Position numbers and translations under genes: made by a program. A stretch of DNA of 64,000 nucleotides from Felis catus (Eukaryota): the NCBI RefSeq assembly GCF_018350175.1, contig NC_058368.1, positions 142,106,001 through 142,170,000 on the forward strand, written 5' to 3'. The notes under the pieces are model-generated. The model ran no database searches and was not told where the DNA came from. It saw only the letters and a program-made list of their open reading frames with translations. The stretch's first letter is position 1. Every line of letters begins with the position of its first letter. Shown piece after piece: positions 1 through 13,402 of this stretch.

Positions 1-295
1 GGGGGACTTCGAAAACATTATGCGAAGCGAAAGAAGCCAGATACAAAAGTCACGCCCCGTACAACTTCATTTATATGAAATGCCCAAAAGAGGCAAATTC
101 ATAGAGACAGAAAGTAGATTCATAGTTGCCTAGGGCTGGGGGCACAAGGAGTGACTGCAGATGAAAGCAGGATTACTTTTTGAGGTGATAAAAATACAGA
201 AGGAAATGGCAGTGATGGTTGTACAATTTGGTAAATCACTGAATGGCCCACTTTAAAAGTTTATGGCATGTTAACTATATTTCAAAGAAAAATGA
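1..295 (+). mobile_element. Old L1 (L1M-type) 3' fragment
   Basis: GAAAACATTATGC..GAAAGAAGCCAG, ATAGAGACAGAAAGTAGATT..GTTGCCTAGGGCTGGGG are typical old L1 3'UTR motifs. Confidence 0.75.
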
Positions 296-1177
296 CTTTT
301 AAAAAGCAAAAATAATAACCATATACTTTTAGGCGATTTTAGCATTATTTAGAAGTAAAATGTATGATAACTTAGGAAAAGGTAGGAAGGAGAAAATGGA
401 AATTTACTGTCATAAGGTTTCCAAAGTATATATGAAAGGTTATAATGTTGATTAAAAGTGAAAAAGTCCCTTATATCCTTAATTTCTATTTCTTATAATC
501 TACCTATCTCTACCTAAAACATCTGCTCTGATGACACTTAGTCCTTGAAAATATTCTTCAGTGAAGACTGCTACTCCTACCAAACTTTCCAGACTCAAAA
601 AGAGAACTAAGCATATTCCTCAAACTGTTGGCAACAGGCAAAGAAGAAGCATGTGTGCTGGCATTTTCATTCTCATGTATATATCACTACTTCCTACTGA
701 GTAAACATGATCCTCCAATCACTACCTACATCAGTTGACAGTGAAATCCATGAGAGATGTGGTCATTAATTCTCTTCATTCCTACCTTCTATTGTTTTGA
801 AATACAAGCCGTTTGCTCAGATCAATCTCTCATCCCCTTCACTGAACTCTTCATCCTACTCATCTTACTCAATGGCTTCTACATTGGCTCATATTTTTCT
901 TTTGCACTCTATCAAAAGTCACGAGTCCATTTGACCCAACATTACCTTGGCCTCAAAGTGCTTTGAATTCCTGATTCAAACACCACGTGTAAACCTACAC
1001 AGAGACAAGCACTCAAAGGCTCACACTACATCCTGCCTTCTGCTCACCTCCTACTGTACAGAGGCAGGGTATACCATGTTTCAAAAAGAGCCCTAGATTT
1101 GGAGTGATAATACTTGGGTTCAAACACTATCCTACTACTGAATGAACTTAGGTCTATTTCAATGGACATGTGCTATC

Positions 1178-1374
1178 TTTTTTTTTTTTTTTTTAAGTTT
1201 ATTTATTTATTTTGAGAGAGAGCATGAGTGGGGTAGGAACAAAAAGAGAAGGGAGGAGAATCCCAAGCAGGTTCTGCACTGTCAGCATGGTGTCTGACAC
1301 AAGGCTCAAACTCACTAACCATGAGATCATGACCGGAGTCAAAACCAAGAGTTGGACGCTAACCCAGGTGCCCC
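1178..1374 (-). mobile_element. CAN-SINE
   Basis: Poly-T tail then reverse-complement tRNA-derived head; TSD TGGA(C/T)ATGTGCTATC at 1163-1177 and 1375-1389. Confidence 0.92.
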
Positions 1375-1666
1375 TGGATATGTGCTATCCTAATATTAAG
1401 TCCCGAGAGCAGAACACCAACTCAACTGGCTTCTACGAATATACAAGTTACCATCATTCACCCAGGTGAATTAATTTCAATTTATTTTTCACATTCCCCA
1501 TCCAAAAATCCAAATACTGTTTATTCTATTTAAGACTATGAACACTTTACTTAGAGCAAAAGAAATCTAGTGATACTTAAGGATCTTATGTCACATTTCA
1601 AAGTAACAAAAAGTATGATTCTTTTACAACAGAAAGAATTATGAAAATTATGAATCAAAACAATAC

Positions 1667-1741
1667 CTCAATATTTTTACTGGCCACATTCTTCACAACA
1701 GCAGGAAACAGTTCAGATGCATTTTTCCCTTTTGCAATCAT
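1667..1741 (-). CDS. AP3B1: AP3B1 exon 3 (75 bp)
   Basis: Acceptor CTTTTATTCTTCAG|ATG, donor GAG|GTATTG. Encodes [25 protein letters not shown] (adaptin N-terminal domain), phase 0 on both sides. Confidence 0.97.
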
Positions 1742-3729
1742 CTGAAGAATAAAAGTGGAGTATCAGAGTTGAAATCTTTTATAAATTAGTCTTTTGAAAA
1801 TAAAACATAAATTCTACATACATTAAATATTTAGAAAATTGAATCAGCAAATAAGCTATGGAATTCACAAGCTGAAGTCTTTTTGAATCATTTTACTTAT
1901 CCCAATTATCTGTATCAAAGAACAAATAAAGTCTTGAGTATCAATATAAATATACAAATACACAGACACATTAAAGAAGAAATACATAGTAGTTCAAGAC
2001 ATACAATAAAACACAATAGTTTTCTCTGGCTAATGAGGCTGTAAATACTTTAAAAATATTCGTACTGTTCTTTATTTTCAAAGCTCTTATATTAAAGTTA
2101 TACATTGGCAATGGGGGTGGCGGGGAATAAACGTTATTTTGGACAAACTATTTCCCCCTTGGCTTTCATTTCATAGGTTTCCCTATCTCCAACCATTACA
2201 TTTCAAAGTTCTCTTCACCAAGTCCTCTCCTCTGCCCGCTAAGTTCTGTATATCACCATCTTTTCAGGCTACACTATTCTACAATCTCTGAAACTCGTAA
2301 CATTTCATTCACCCTCATGACTTAACTCTCACACTTATAGGGATCAATTCCCCAAACTCTAGCCCTAACTCTGGGTCCTAGTTACACTTCTGTAACTGGA
2401 CATCATTAGATGTCTCCCTCATCTCAAACTTGCTAAAACCAAACTCATTTTTCATGATAAAACAGCATTCATGCTAGAACTTCCTATTTCCACCAATTTT
2501 CCCAGATACCAGAAACCACAGATTTATTCTGGTCTCTTCCCACATGTACAGAGTAACTAGGTCCTGTTGTGATTTCTTTGTACTATCACATTAATCCTTT
2601 CTCACTGTTACTATCCTAAAATAGGTCAATATCATCTCACAAAGGTCTTTTCCAACAGTCTCCTGCTCCTGTTCATAATGTACCACACTGACAGTTTCAC
2701 ATGCTTAAAACACTACTGTGTACATGTCAGCCCCTCTCAAAGATTTCAAAAGCCCTTGGCTGCCTGAAAGTCCAAACTATTTCACTTAATATTAAATGCC
2801 CTCACAATTTACAACATCCCTCTTGAGCATAGCAACAATTATTGTTCTACACCAACACTATTATCAAAGTAAACTGACCTACTCACTACCAGAACATTCT
2901 CTGGCTACTCTATGCCTTATCACACCCCCAAGTCAATTCTTTTTACTTTCCACAATTCTCTAAAATTCTAATCATTCTCCCTCCCTAAAACCACCCAAAA
3001 ATACCTGGCCCACATTGCTGTCCAATTCTAATTTCCTCTAAAATTTTTAAACTCACACTCTTCATTTGTGCTGTTTTATTTCTATTTACTGTAGTTTTAT
3101 GTCTACCTGTATCCCCATTTCCTTCACTCTCATTCTCGGAATATATCTTTATGTCGTTTAATAGTCTACATTTTGGTAGCTACAAAATAAAGTTTAACAA
3201 CAGGATCATTTTCTGGAAAGGGATTCTTCATGAATTATACACCATATCTAAAAACTATCTTAAAAAAGATGGAAGGTATTAGTTTTATAAAATCATGACA
3301 AAAGTTTTATTATATACTATGTGATATTTTAAGCATTCAAATCCCAATTAGCAATTTTTCAATAAGATCTTTCTACATAACAGCTTAAAAACACTCCAAT
3401 ATAAGCCAATCCTTTCATATTCTGTTTCCTTATCTTTCACATTAGGATTTGAATATTCTGTGAAACCTACTGCATATTACAGAAGGTTCACAAATAATGC
3501 AGCTAAAACATCTTTATTATGATTTTTATACCTCCCTCAGTTTCCTCACCTGTAAAATGAGGAGAGAGGGAACAAATGTTTTTGGGCCCATGCCTTCAGT
3601 TATTCAATGAATACCTGAAGTTGAAGATCCTGTCCTATTATATCCTATTCCAAGGATTCCCTAACTGTTCTACAGGAGGTTATTCAAAAAGATGTTAATA
3701 CTTGAGGGAAGAAAAAAACCCTACAGTCA

Positions 3730-3950
3730 AGTTCATTCAACATATATTTGCTGAAAGGACACTACATGCCAAGGAGTACTGTAGGCCTTGGGGATACACC
3801 TTGCCCAGTGGAGCTTACCTTCTAATGGGGGCTAGGAACAATAAACAAAAAAATACAATGTGTGAGATGGTAAAATAGAGTACTATGGAAAAAAATAAAG
3901 GACTGTATGAGAAATGGAAAGTGCCAGGGTGGCAGTGGTAGCTGCTCTTT
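3730..3950 (-). mobile_element. L2 3' fragment
   Basis: TTCATTCAACATATATTTG..ACTACATGCCA..TGGAGCTTAC is the reverse complement of the L2 3' end. Confidence 0.6.
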
Positions 3951-3964
3951 TATGTTTTGTTTAG

Positions 3965-6900
3965 TGTTTTCATAGTATATATTTCCCATCCTTGTATTTT
4001 TAATCTATGTCTTTATATTAAAAATGGGTTTCTCCTACAGAACATACAGTTGCATCTTAACATTTTCATCCAATCTGACAATCTCTTTTAGTTGGTGACT
4101 TAAGATCACTCACATTTAATATAATTACTGGTGTCGTTAGATTCAGGTCTGCAATTTTTTTTTAAGTTTATTTATATATTTTGAAAGAGACACAGCAAGT
4201 AGGGGAGGGGCAGAGAGGGGGGCAGAGGAGCCGAAGCAGGCTCCGTGCTAACAGCACAGGGCTCGATGCGGGGCTCAAACTCACAAACCGTGAGATGATG
4301 ACCTGAGCCGAAGTCAGATACTCAACCAACTGAGCCACCCAGGTGCCCCCACGTCTAGAGTTTTATTATCTGTTTTCTGTTTACTGTGTGTGTTTTGTTT
4401 GACTGACCTCTGTCATTCCCATTATTTGGGAACTTGTTAGTATTTGGTATTTTAATGTTTACATTGATTTTTTGTTTATATCTTCTTGAAGAACGTTTAG
4501 TGGTTCTTCTAGGGATTATCAGATGGACAAATCAAGATTCAACAAACCTTTCACAGTCTATTTAGATTTAATATTGTACCAGGTCAAATAAAATGTAGAA
4601 ACCTTACAACCAGATAGGCCCTTTTAATCCCACCTCCCCGCTAGCCTTTATATTATGCTATCCTATATATCTACACCTATTTAAAACCTCTCAGACATGT
4701 ATAACTTAAGAAGAATAAAATTAGGCCTTTATGCTTGCCAAATACAGTGGACCCTTGAACAATGCAGGGGTTAGGGGTACCAATCCCCTGCAGATTCGAA
4801 TATCCATGTAGAACTTTTGACTCCTCCCACAAATTAACTACTAATAACCTACTTTTGAACGGAAACCCTTCAGATAACATAAACAGTTGATTAAGATATA
4901 TTCTGTATGTTATATATACTATATACTGTACTCTTCTTACAATAAACTAGAGAAAATATTAAGAAAATAATGAGAAAAAAAGATCATAAGGAAGAGAAAA
5001 TACATTTACAGCACAGTACTCTATAACACGTATAAGTGGACCCATGAAATTCAAATCTGTGTTGTTCAAGTATCACCTCTATTTTCTTTCAGTACTTTAA
5101 AGATGTTCCACTGACTTCTGGCTGCCATGGTTTCTGATGTTATTAAAATCACTGATCCTTGTATGTAATGTATCATTGTTTTTCCAGGTACTGTCAAGAT
5201 TATTTCTTTATTTTTGGTCTTCTACAGTTTAATTGCTATGTGTTTACGCATGGTTTTCTTTGGGTTTATCCTAATTGGGATTCAGTGAACTTTTCATCTA
5301 TAAGTTTATGTCATTCATTCATTTGGGTAGTTTCCAGCCGTTATTTCTTCAAATATTTTTACTGCCCCAATCTCTCTCCTCCTTTTGGACATATTTGTTA
5401 GATCTTTTGTTATTATCCAACAAAACCCTGAGGCTATGTTCAGTTCTTTTCCTTTTATTAATCTATTCTTCAAACCAACTAAGTTCTAATGATCTGTCTT
5501 CAACTTCTGGCTCTTTTTTCTCTTATTTTGCTATTGAGTCAATCCAGGATGTACTGTATTTCAGATACGATAAAAAAGATACCAGATTATTTCAGATATG
5601 ATAGAAATTTCAACAAATTTCTACATGATGTAGTTCACTTAAAATACTTTAGTAAAAAAACTACCTATTAGTTTCTACCTGGGGAATAAGTGGATATAGG
5701 AGAACCCCTTCCTATATGTTGGGGGGATGGCTTTTTACATATTTGAAAATATTTTTTTCCCATTCTGAGGCTTGTCTCATCACAATGTTGTGGTATCATA
5801 TGATGCACAAAGATTTTAATTTTGATACAGTCCTAATTATCCATTTTTTTCTTTTGTTGCTCACTTTTTGGTTTGTATCTAAGAAACCTCTGACAAATCT
5901 CATGTCATGAAGTTTCTGCCCTATGTTTTCTTCTATAATTTTTACATTTTTACCTCTAACATTTAGGTCTTTGATTCATTTTGCCTTATTTTATATATAG
6001 TATGAGGTAGGGGTCTAAATTCATTTTCTTGCAGGTGGTATCTAGTTTCCCAGCACCATTTGTTGAAGACTATAATTTCACCATTGAACGGTTTCACACT
6101 CTTGTCAAAAATCATTTGACCACACAGTTAAGGGTTTACTTCTGCATGCTATGTGGGGTATATATGTCTGTCTTTGTGACAGTTCCACGCTGTTTTGATT
6201 ACTGTTGCTTTGGAATAAGTTTTCAGACCAGCAAGTGTGAGACTTATAAATTTGTTCAAGACTATTTTGGTTATTCAGGGTCTATATGAATTTTAGGATA
6301 GATTTTCCTTTTTTTGCAAATAATATCACTGGAATTTTTATAGTAATTACAATGAATATGTAGATCGCTTTGATACTGACATCTTAAAAATATTAAGTCT
6401 TTTAATCCATGAACATAGGATGCCCTTCCATTTATTTGTGTCTTCTCTAATTTCTGTCAGCAACATTTTGCAGTTCTCAAGGTACAAGTCTTTGCCCCCT
6501 TAGTTTATTTCTGGTATTGTATTCTTTTTAATGCTACTGTAAATAGGACTATTGTCTTAGTATCTTTCTTGAATTGTTCATTGTCAGGGTATACAGACGC
6601 AAGTAATTGTTATGTAATGATTTTGTATATCGCAACTTTGCTCAATACATTTATTAGTTTTAAAACTTTTCCATAAAATATTTAGTTTTCTAAATATGAA
6701 ATCATGTTGTCTGTGAATAAAGATAATTTTAGTTCTTCCTCTGCAATTGGGGTGCCTTTTATTTCTTTTTCTCGCCTAACTGCTCTGGCTAAAACTTTCA
6801 ATAGTATATTGAACAGAAGAGACAAAAGCAGGCATCCTTATCTTTTTCCTTATTGAAGAAAACCTTTCAGTCTTTCACTGCTGACTATGATGTTAGCTGT

Positions 6901-7090
6901 GGGTTTTTCATACATGGCCTTTAACATGTTGAGGTAGTTTCCTTCCAGTCCTAGTTTGTTCAGTGCTTTATCATGAGTGTTAAATTTGGCCAAATTCTTT
7001 TTCTCTATCAATTGAGATGATCTTGTGGGTTTTTCCCCTTCATTCTGTTAATGTGGTGTATTATTATGATTGATTTTCATGTTGCTTATG
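3965..7090 (-). mobile_element. Degraded L1 segments, interrupted by a CAN-SINE (about 4154-4350, minus) and a Tigger element
   Basis: T-rich antisense L1 ORF motifs, e.g. TTTCCCAGCACCATTTGTTGAAGA, TCCATGAACATAGGATG, ATGATGTTAGCTGTGGGTTTTTCATA. Confidence 0.8.
4745..5079 (-). mobile_element. Tigger2a-like non-autonomous Tc1/mariner DNA transposon
   Basis: TA-flanked; terminal inverted repeats CAGTGGACCCTTGAACAA and TTGTTCAAGTATCACCTC; internal GGGGTTAGGGG and GTATAAGTGGACCC as in the Tigger2 family. Confidence 0.8.
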
Positions 7091-9142
7091 TTTTTTTATA
7101 AATAATGAGTAATCATCTAGATCTAAAAATCCACATTAATTTTTTAAACTCAGGGAAAAAAAAGAGGAAAAATTGTGCTTTTCTAAATTTTAACTGGCTT
7201 CATTTTTCACAGTAACAAAGATGGTTTATTTTACAAAGTTCAAAATTTTTGATTTTATAAATACTGGTTAATTTACAAGGAAGGAACGAACGGAGGGAAG
7301 GATGGTGGGGAAGGAAGCAAGAAAGGTAGATCTTACAGAGTCTCAGACCCAATTCCAGCTCTTAAAAATCAGCAACCTAGAATAAATGAAGAAATAGAAA
7401 ATGAACTGATCCTTGATTTATATTCCATAAAGTAACAGTGGAGCAAAATTGACAGAAAACTCTCTAAGGTATTATATGGCTAGTAAAAACTCAGACCTGC
7501 TTATGGAACTGGTCCTGATGTGTATCAACATGGCAGAAAAATCTTGGCCCTTTAAGCAATTTCCAACCCAAGAACAACAAGATGCCAGCATCACGCACAA
7601 GATGAATCTTTTAAGGCACACATACAACTGAAACATTTTTGTTAAAGGAAAGAAGAGAGGAATGAACAATGTCTAGAAAAGTTTACACCAAAAATGTTTA
7701 TCATACATGAACACATTATTAGTTTCTTTTTCTTACATGGATTTTCTCAATTATCCAACAATAATAATGTACCACTTGTATTTAGTTTAAGATCTTTTCA
7801 AAAATATTTACAAAAACATATGGAACTTTGAAATTACTTTTATTTTTCTTAAGGTCAGTACTATCCAACCAAATACCCTGTAAGATGAATGGCTATGAAA
7901 ATCACATATATCAGTGATTTTACCTAGGCATTTTAAGAATCGTATCAAAGAAAGGTTCAGATTTGCTCATTATCCCCTAACTACAAAGACAAGTAAACTA
8001 ATCTGAGAAAAACCTTCAACATTTAACACATACTAGAAGAAAATATATGAAAGATTCAATACAACACAGATTTCATTACAAATATTCCATTCCTCCAAGG
8101 ACAACTCATCAGTATTTTAGCTAAAAAACTTATTTCTAAATTCACTATATGAAACAATACATTTCAAAGTCTCCTTAGTTCACCACATTTCACCAAGCCA
8201 ACATAAAACATGGACATGTGCTATAAACACAAGACAGGTATTTTCCAGAAATATTAAGAAAAATAATGTATGAGTTCTTCAACCTGAGTCTTGCTGTGTG
8301 AGAGGTGACCACAAGATTTTGAAGTAGGTGGTTTTTTCCCCCTAGGAATGCTTTGGCATACATGAGACTTTATTCAACCTATCAAACACTGGAAACATTA
8401 CCCCATGATACTAAGTAAGTCTCAGATATTACCAAAGCAAGATAATGAAATAAACTGTGACTACCATCATGGTTTCACACTGGTAGATATTGCTGAAAAA
8501 ATTCTCTACTGAATCATAGGACTACCAAGTACGAAAGACAATCAGATGTGCACTGCTAACACTTTGATGTATTTGAAAAAACAACTTGGTAAAATACGCA
8601 ACGATTCAAATTTTAGCAGAATAAATTTAGAAATGTTTCTAACTATGATGAAAAGAGCTTAAAACTACTCTGCAATCATATAAAGTGACAAAACCCCATT
8701 TTCAGGGCTCAAGGAATATTAACTATAATGAGAAATTTAAATTTTAAAAATTACTTTAAGAAAATATAAGAAACTTTAAAGCCAATACAAAATTCTAACT
8801 GACTGACTCCAGTGAACTACTTCTAGCCAAAAGATGTTTTGAAATGATACATACTTACATGAACAGAAAATATTTCAAATGTTTGAGTAAGGTTCCACAT
8901 AGAAATGTGGTGCTACCTAGAAATATTAAAAACTGGACAAAAGTGAAGGTGAACAAATGATTGCTATAATAGTTCAGTGGGAAAAACTCAAAGTAAAATA
9001 ACTATTAGTTACTTAACAAAAGGGGAAGTTAGTAAAAAATAATTGTTGATTGAAAATTGAAATATATCATTCAATAGCATCAAAAACACAAGATATTTAG
9101 AAAAAGTATTAACAAAATAATAGAACTTAAAATGTAACACTA

Positions 9143-9944
9143 TGGGAATGCAAGCTGGTGCAGCCACTCTGGAAAACAGTATGGAGGTTCCTCAAAAAAC
9201 TAAAAATAGAACTACCCTATGACCTAGCAATTGCACTACGAGGCATTTATCCAAGGCATTCTGGTGTGCTGTTTCGAAGGGACACATGCACCCCCATGTT
9301 TATAGCAGCACTATCTACAATAGCCAAAGTATGGAAAGAGCCCAAATGTCCACTGATGGATGAATGGATAAAGAAGATGTAGGGGCGCCTGGGTGGCTCA
9401 GTCGGTTAAATGTCCAACTTCGGCTCAGGTCATGATCTCGCAGTCTGTGAGCTCGAGCCCCGCATCAGGCTCTGTGCTGACAGCTCAGAGCCTGGACCCT
9501 GTTTCAGATTCTGTGTCCCCCTCTCTCCCTGACCCTCCCCCATCTGTCTCTCTCTGTTTCAAAAATAAATAAACATTAAAAAAAAAAAAAAAGAATGAAA
9601 TCTTGCCATTTGCAACTATGTGAATGGAACTTCAGGGTATTATGCTAAGTGAAATTAGTCAGAGAAAGACAAAAATCATATGACTTCACTCATATGAAGA
9701 CTTTAAGAGACAAACAGATGAACATAAGGGAAGGGAAACAAAAATAATATAAAAACAGGGGAGGGGGACAAAACAGAAGAGACTCATAAATATGGAGAAC
9801 AAACTACGGGTTACTGGAGGGGTTGTGGGAGGCAAGATGGGCTACATGGGTAAGGGGCACTAAGGAATCTACTCCTGAAATCACTGTTGCACTATATACT
9901 AATTTGGATGTAAATTAAAATAAATAAATAAATAAATAAATAAA

Positions 9945-9989
<45 letters not shown>

Positions 9990-10008
9990 AAATAAATAAA
10001 TAAAGAAA
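9143..10008 (+). mobile_element. 5'-truncated felid L1 3' end with a CAN-SINE (9382-9592) inside
   Basis: ORF2 C-terminal peptide ([21 protein letters not shown]..), 3'UTR, (TAAA)n(TAAG)n tail; TSD TAAAATGTAACACTA at 9128-9142 and 10009-10023. Confidence 0.92.
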
Positions 10009-10132
10009 TAAAATGTAACACTAAAAACTATAATACGTTGTTGAAAGAAATTAAAGATGACCTGAACAAGTGAAGAAACAGAATCATGATCATGGTCATA
10101 CGGCAAAATACTGTAAAAATGTTAATTCTTTC

Positions 10133-10331
10133 GGGGCACCTGGGTGGCTCAGTCGGTTAAGTGTCTGACTTTGACTCCGGTCATAATCTTGCAGTTCATG
10201 GGTTCGAGACCCTCATTGGACTCTGTGCTGACAGATGAAGGCCTGGAGCCTGCTTCAGATTCTGCGTCTCCCTCTCCCATTTGTGCACTATCTCCCTCTC
10301 CCAAAAAGAGTAAAAACTAAAAAAAAAAAAA
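10133..10331 (+). mobile_element. CAN-SINE within an old L1 ORF2 fragment
   Basis: GGGGCACCTGGGTGGCTCAGTCGGTTAAG head, A tail, flanking repeat GTTAATTCT. Confidence 0.9.
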
Positions 10332-11215
10332 GTTAATTCTCCCAAAATTGATCTACAGAGTTAATCCAATTCCAAAACAGATCCCAGTAGGCTTTTTTCA
10401 TATAAAAATTAGTTTAAAATATTTGAAAACAAAATATAAATCTCTCATAACTTCCAAACAATGTAATTTTCTACCCGGAAAATCCAAACTTAGAAACTGA
10501 AGAACAGTTAGAGCTAAGAAGAGAGTTAACTGAAAAGACCAGATGCGTAACAAAGAAAAGTCACTTATTTTCCTATACACCAGTAATAATTAATATTAAG
10601 AATATAATGAAGGGGACCATTCATAATGGCCACCAAGATTTAAAAATACACAAATTAATCTAACAAGGAATAAGGAATGTACAAGATTTCTAGAATAAAA
10701 ACTACAAAATATAAATACAATGTTACTGAAAGACAAGGAAAGAGGGATGAAAGGAAGAAGGTTAAAATATAAATTCCATATTATCCTAATCAAATTTCAA
10801 AAATAATTTTGCTATTGATAGTAATGGAATTTGACAACCAGAAAAAAAAAATGCTTACAATTTTCAGGCCTTTAAATGACAAAAAAAAAATCCTTTAGTT
10901 AATTAGTATCCCTCTTTGTGGGAAGTCAAAATATTGTTGTACATAATCTTATTTTGTCTTCAAAATGATTAGCTTTTCCTACCACAGGAGAAATATCATG
11001 ATATTAGCGACAGGGAAATAAGAACTCAGAAAAAAGGAATTAAAACTCAAGTTTCTGAACTGTGACACTCCAAACTTCTTCCAAAACATTTTACACAGGC
11101 TATACTAAGCAAATATTAAAGGGAAATGGAATGTTTTAATATATTATTTAATACATACTTAAAATAATCACTACGTGTCCATTTTCCAAATATTAAAATG
11201 ATCTACTTTACCTAC

Positions 11216-11291
11216 CCCAACAATCCGTTTCATAGCATCCAATTTAGCAGAATCTTTGTTGCTCTCCAACATTTGCTTTAGATCTTCATTC
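11216..11291 (-). CDS. AP3B1: AP3B1 exon 2 (76 bp)
   Basis: Acceptor TTTTTTTTTTCTTTTGTATAG|G, donor GGG|GTAGGT. Encodes (K)NEDLKQMLESNKDSAKLDAMKRIVG, in frame with the phase-2 end of exon 1. Confidence 0.97.
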
Positions 11292-11387
11292 CTATACAAA
11301 AGAAAAAAAAAATCCCTATTTCAATCTTGTACATTATAAAGCTATTAAAATATATCATTTCTTAAGAATTAGAAACAATAATGAGCA

Positions 11388-11620
11388 GGATGCCTGGGTG
11401 GCTCACTTGGTTAAGTGTCTGACTCTTGATTTGGGCTCAGGTCAAGATTTCACAGTTCGTGACATCAAGCCCCTGCATCAGGCTCTGTACTGAGCATGGA
11501 ACCTGCTTGAAATTCTCTCTCCTTCTTCTTCTGCCCCTCCCACACACCTGCTCTCCCTCTCTCTCCTCTCTCTCTCTCACTCTCTGTCTCTCTCACTCTC
11601 ACTCTCTCAAAATAAAATAC
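11388..11620 (+). mobile_element. CAN-SINE about 100 bp from the exon 2 acceptor
   Basis: tRNA-derived head, CT-rich tract, AAAATAAA tail. Confidence 0.88.
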
Positions 11621-11624
11621 GTTA

Positions 11625-12327
11625 GTAGGAGTATGATGTTAAAAGTGATTATGGTGAGATCTCAGATGGAAATGAGCAGTTATTGGGAACTGGATGAAAG
11701 GCAATCCTTGTCTCAATTTTCTTCCAATGTCATATGAAAAGTGGAAGTTTAAAGTGATGAACTTGGATATTTAGCTAAGGAGATTTCTAAGTAAAGTATT
11801 AAAGGCACAGCATGATTTTTCCTTGATGTTTACAGTAAAATGAGAAAGATAAACTAAAGGAACTGTTAAGCAACAAGAACTAGAATTTGAAGATTTGGAA
11901 AATTTTCAGCCTATCCATATTGGAGAGTATTAAGAATGCGTCTTCAGACCTTTTTTCAAAAGTGTGGTTGGAAAATTACTTGATTAAGAGATCACAGGTA
12001 CTCATGAACATAATCAGATGTCATAACAAAAGCCAGGAACAGAAATGGGATTATGTATCAGAGACACTGCTAGCTTGGATTACAAGGGAGAAAAGGAACA
12101 AAATGAAGGCAGTCTGTCAGACTTCTGGACGGTAGGACAGGACAACGTGAGGACACAGAGAGAAGGCAGACATCTGTAGGCCAAGGAGAGAGCCCTGAGG
12201 AGAAACCAAACATGCCTACAGTCTGACGGTAGACTTCTAGCCTCTAGAACAGTAAGAATTAAATTTCTGTCAATCAAGCCACTCAGTCTGTGGTATTTTG
12301 TTATGGCAGTTGTAGCAAACTAATACA
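11625..12327 (+). mobile_element. MaLR (MLT1-type) internal fragment plus LTR 3' part
   Basis: GAGATCTCAGATGGAAATGAG..GGAACTGG..GATATTTAGCTAAGGAGATTTCTAAG (MaLR internal); GACTTCTAGCCTCTAGAAC..GTCTGTGGTATTTTGTTATGGCAG..AAACTAATACA (LTR end). Confidence 0.8.
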
Positions 12328-12487
12328 GACGTCGACAAACAATTCACTGAAGGAGACACAGAAATGCCAAAAAGTACGTTTAAAGATAATCAACTTCATT
12401 AGCTATTAGAGAAATGCAAATTAAAACCACAGCAAAATATCACTACACATGTATCAAAATGGTTCTCATCTAAAATAAATAGTAACA

Positions 12488-12712
12488 GGGGCGCCTGGGT
12501 GGCGCAGTCGGTTAAGTGTCTGACTTCAGCCAGGTCACGATCTCGCGGTCCGTGAGTTCGAGCCCCGCGTCAGGCTCTGGGCTGATGGCTCAGAGCCTGG
12601 AGCCTGTTTCCGATTCTGTGTCTCCCCCTCTCTCTCTGCCCCTCCCCGATCATGCTCTGTCTCTCTCTGTCCCAAAAATAAATAAAAATGTTGAAAAAAA
12701 AATTTTTTTTAA
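12488..12712 (+). mobile_element. Young felid CAN-SINE
   Basis: CpG-rich body; perfect TSD TAAAATAAATAGTAACA at 12471-12487 and 12713-12729. Confidence 0.95.
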
Positions 12713-13050
12713 TAAAATAAATAGTAACAACACCTAATGATAGTGATGTCATAGAGGAAATGGACCACTTATATACTGCCAGGGTGGGGGGATTTAAAAG
12801 GGTTACAGCCACTAGGCAGTTTGGCAGTTTTATAGAACCCTGGAATTCTCATACAACCAAGTAATTTCACTCTTGGGTATTTATCCCTGGGAAATGGAAA
12901 TTAATACACAAAACCTGCACACAAGGGGTACCTGGGTAGCTCAACTGGTTAAGCATTAAACTTCAGCTCAGGTCATGATCTTGCAGTCTGTGAGTTCAAG
13001 CCCTGCTTCCAGCTCTGTGCTGACAGCTCAGAGCCTGGAACCTGCTTCAG

Positions 13051-13094
<44 letters not shown>

Positions 13095-13402
13095 CGCCCC
13101 TCCCCCACTCACACTCTCTCATAAATTAATAAATGTTAAAAAAATTTTTTAGCCTGCACAGAAGTATTCACAGCAGCTTTTATTCCTATCAGCCAAAATG
13201 GAAACAACACAGATGTCCATCAATGGATGAATATTTCAACAAACTGTGGTACATCCATAGCATGGAATACCACTCAGCAGTAACAATAAACTACTGATAC
13301 ACATGACAACTCTGATTAATCTCCACAGAAATATGCTGAGTGAGAAAAGTTAATTCTAAAAGGTTACATACTGTATGACTCCATTTATATAACACTCTTG
13401 AA

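Larger units (their letters stand above)
1742..11215 (-). other. AP3B1: AP3B1 intron 2 (9,474 bp, GT-AG)
   Basis: Bounded by the exon 2 donor and exon 3 acceptor. Confidence 0.93.

Noticed and set aside
5557..5607. Short direct repeat TATTTCAGATA(C/T)GATA
   Set aside because: Two imperfect copies at the edge of an old L1; most likely an ordinary local duplication.
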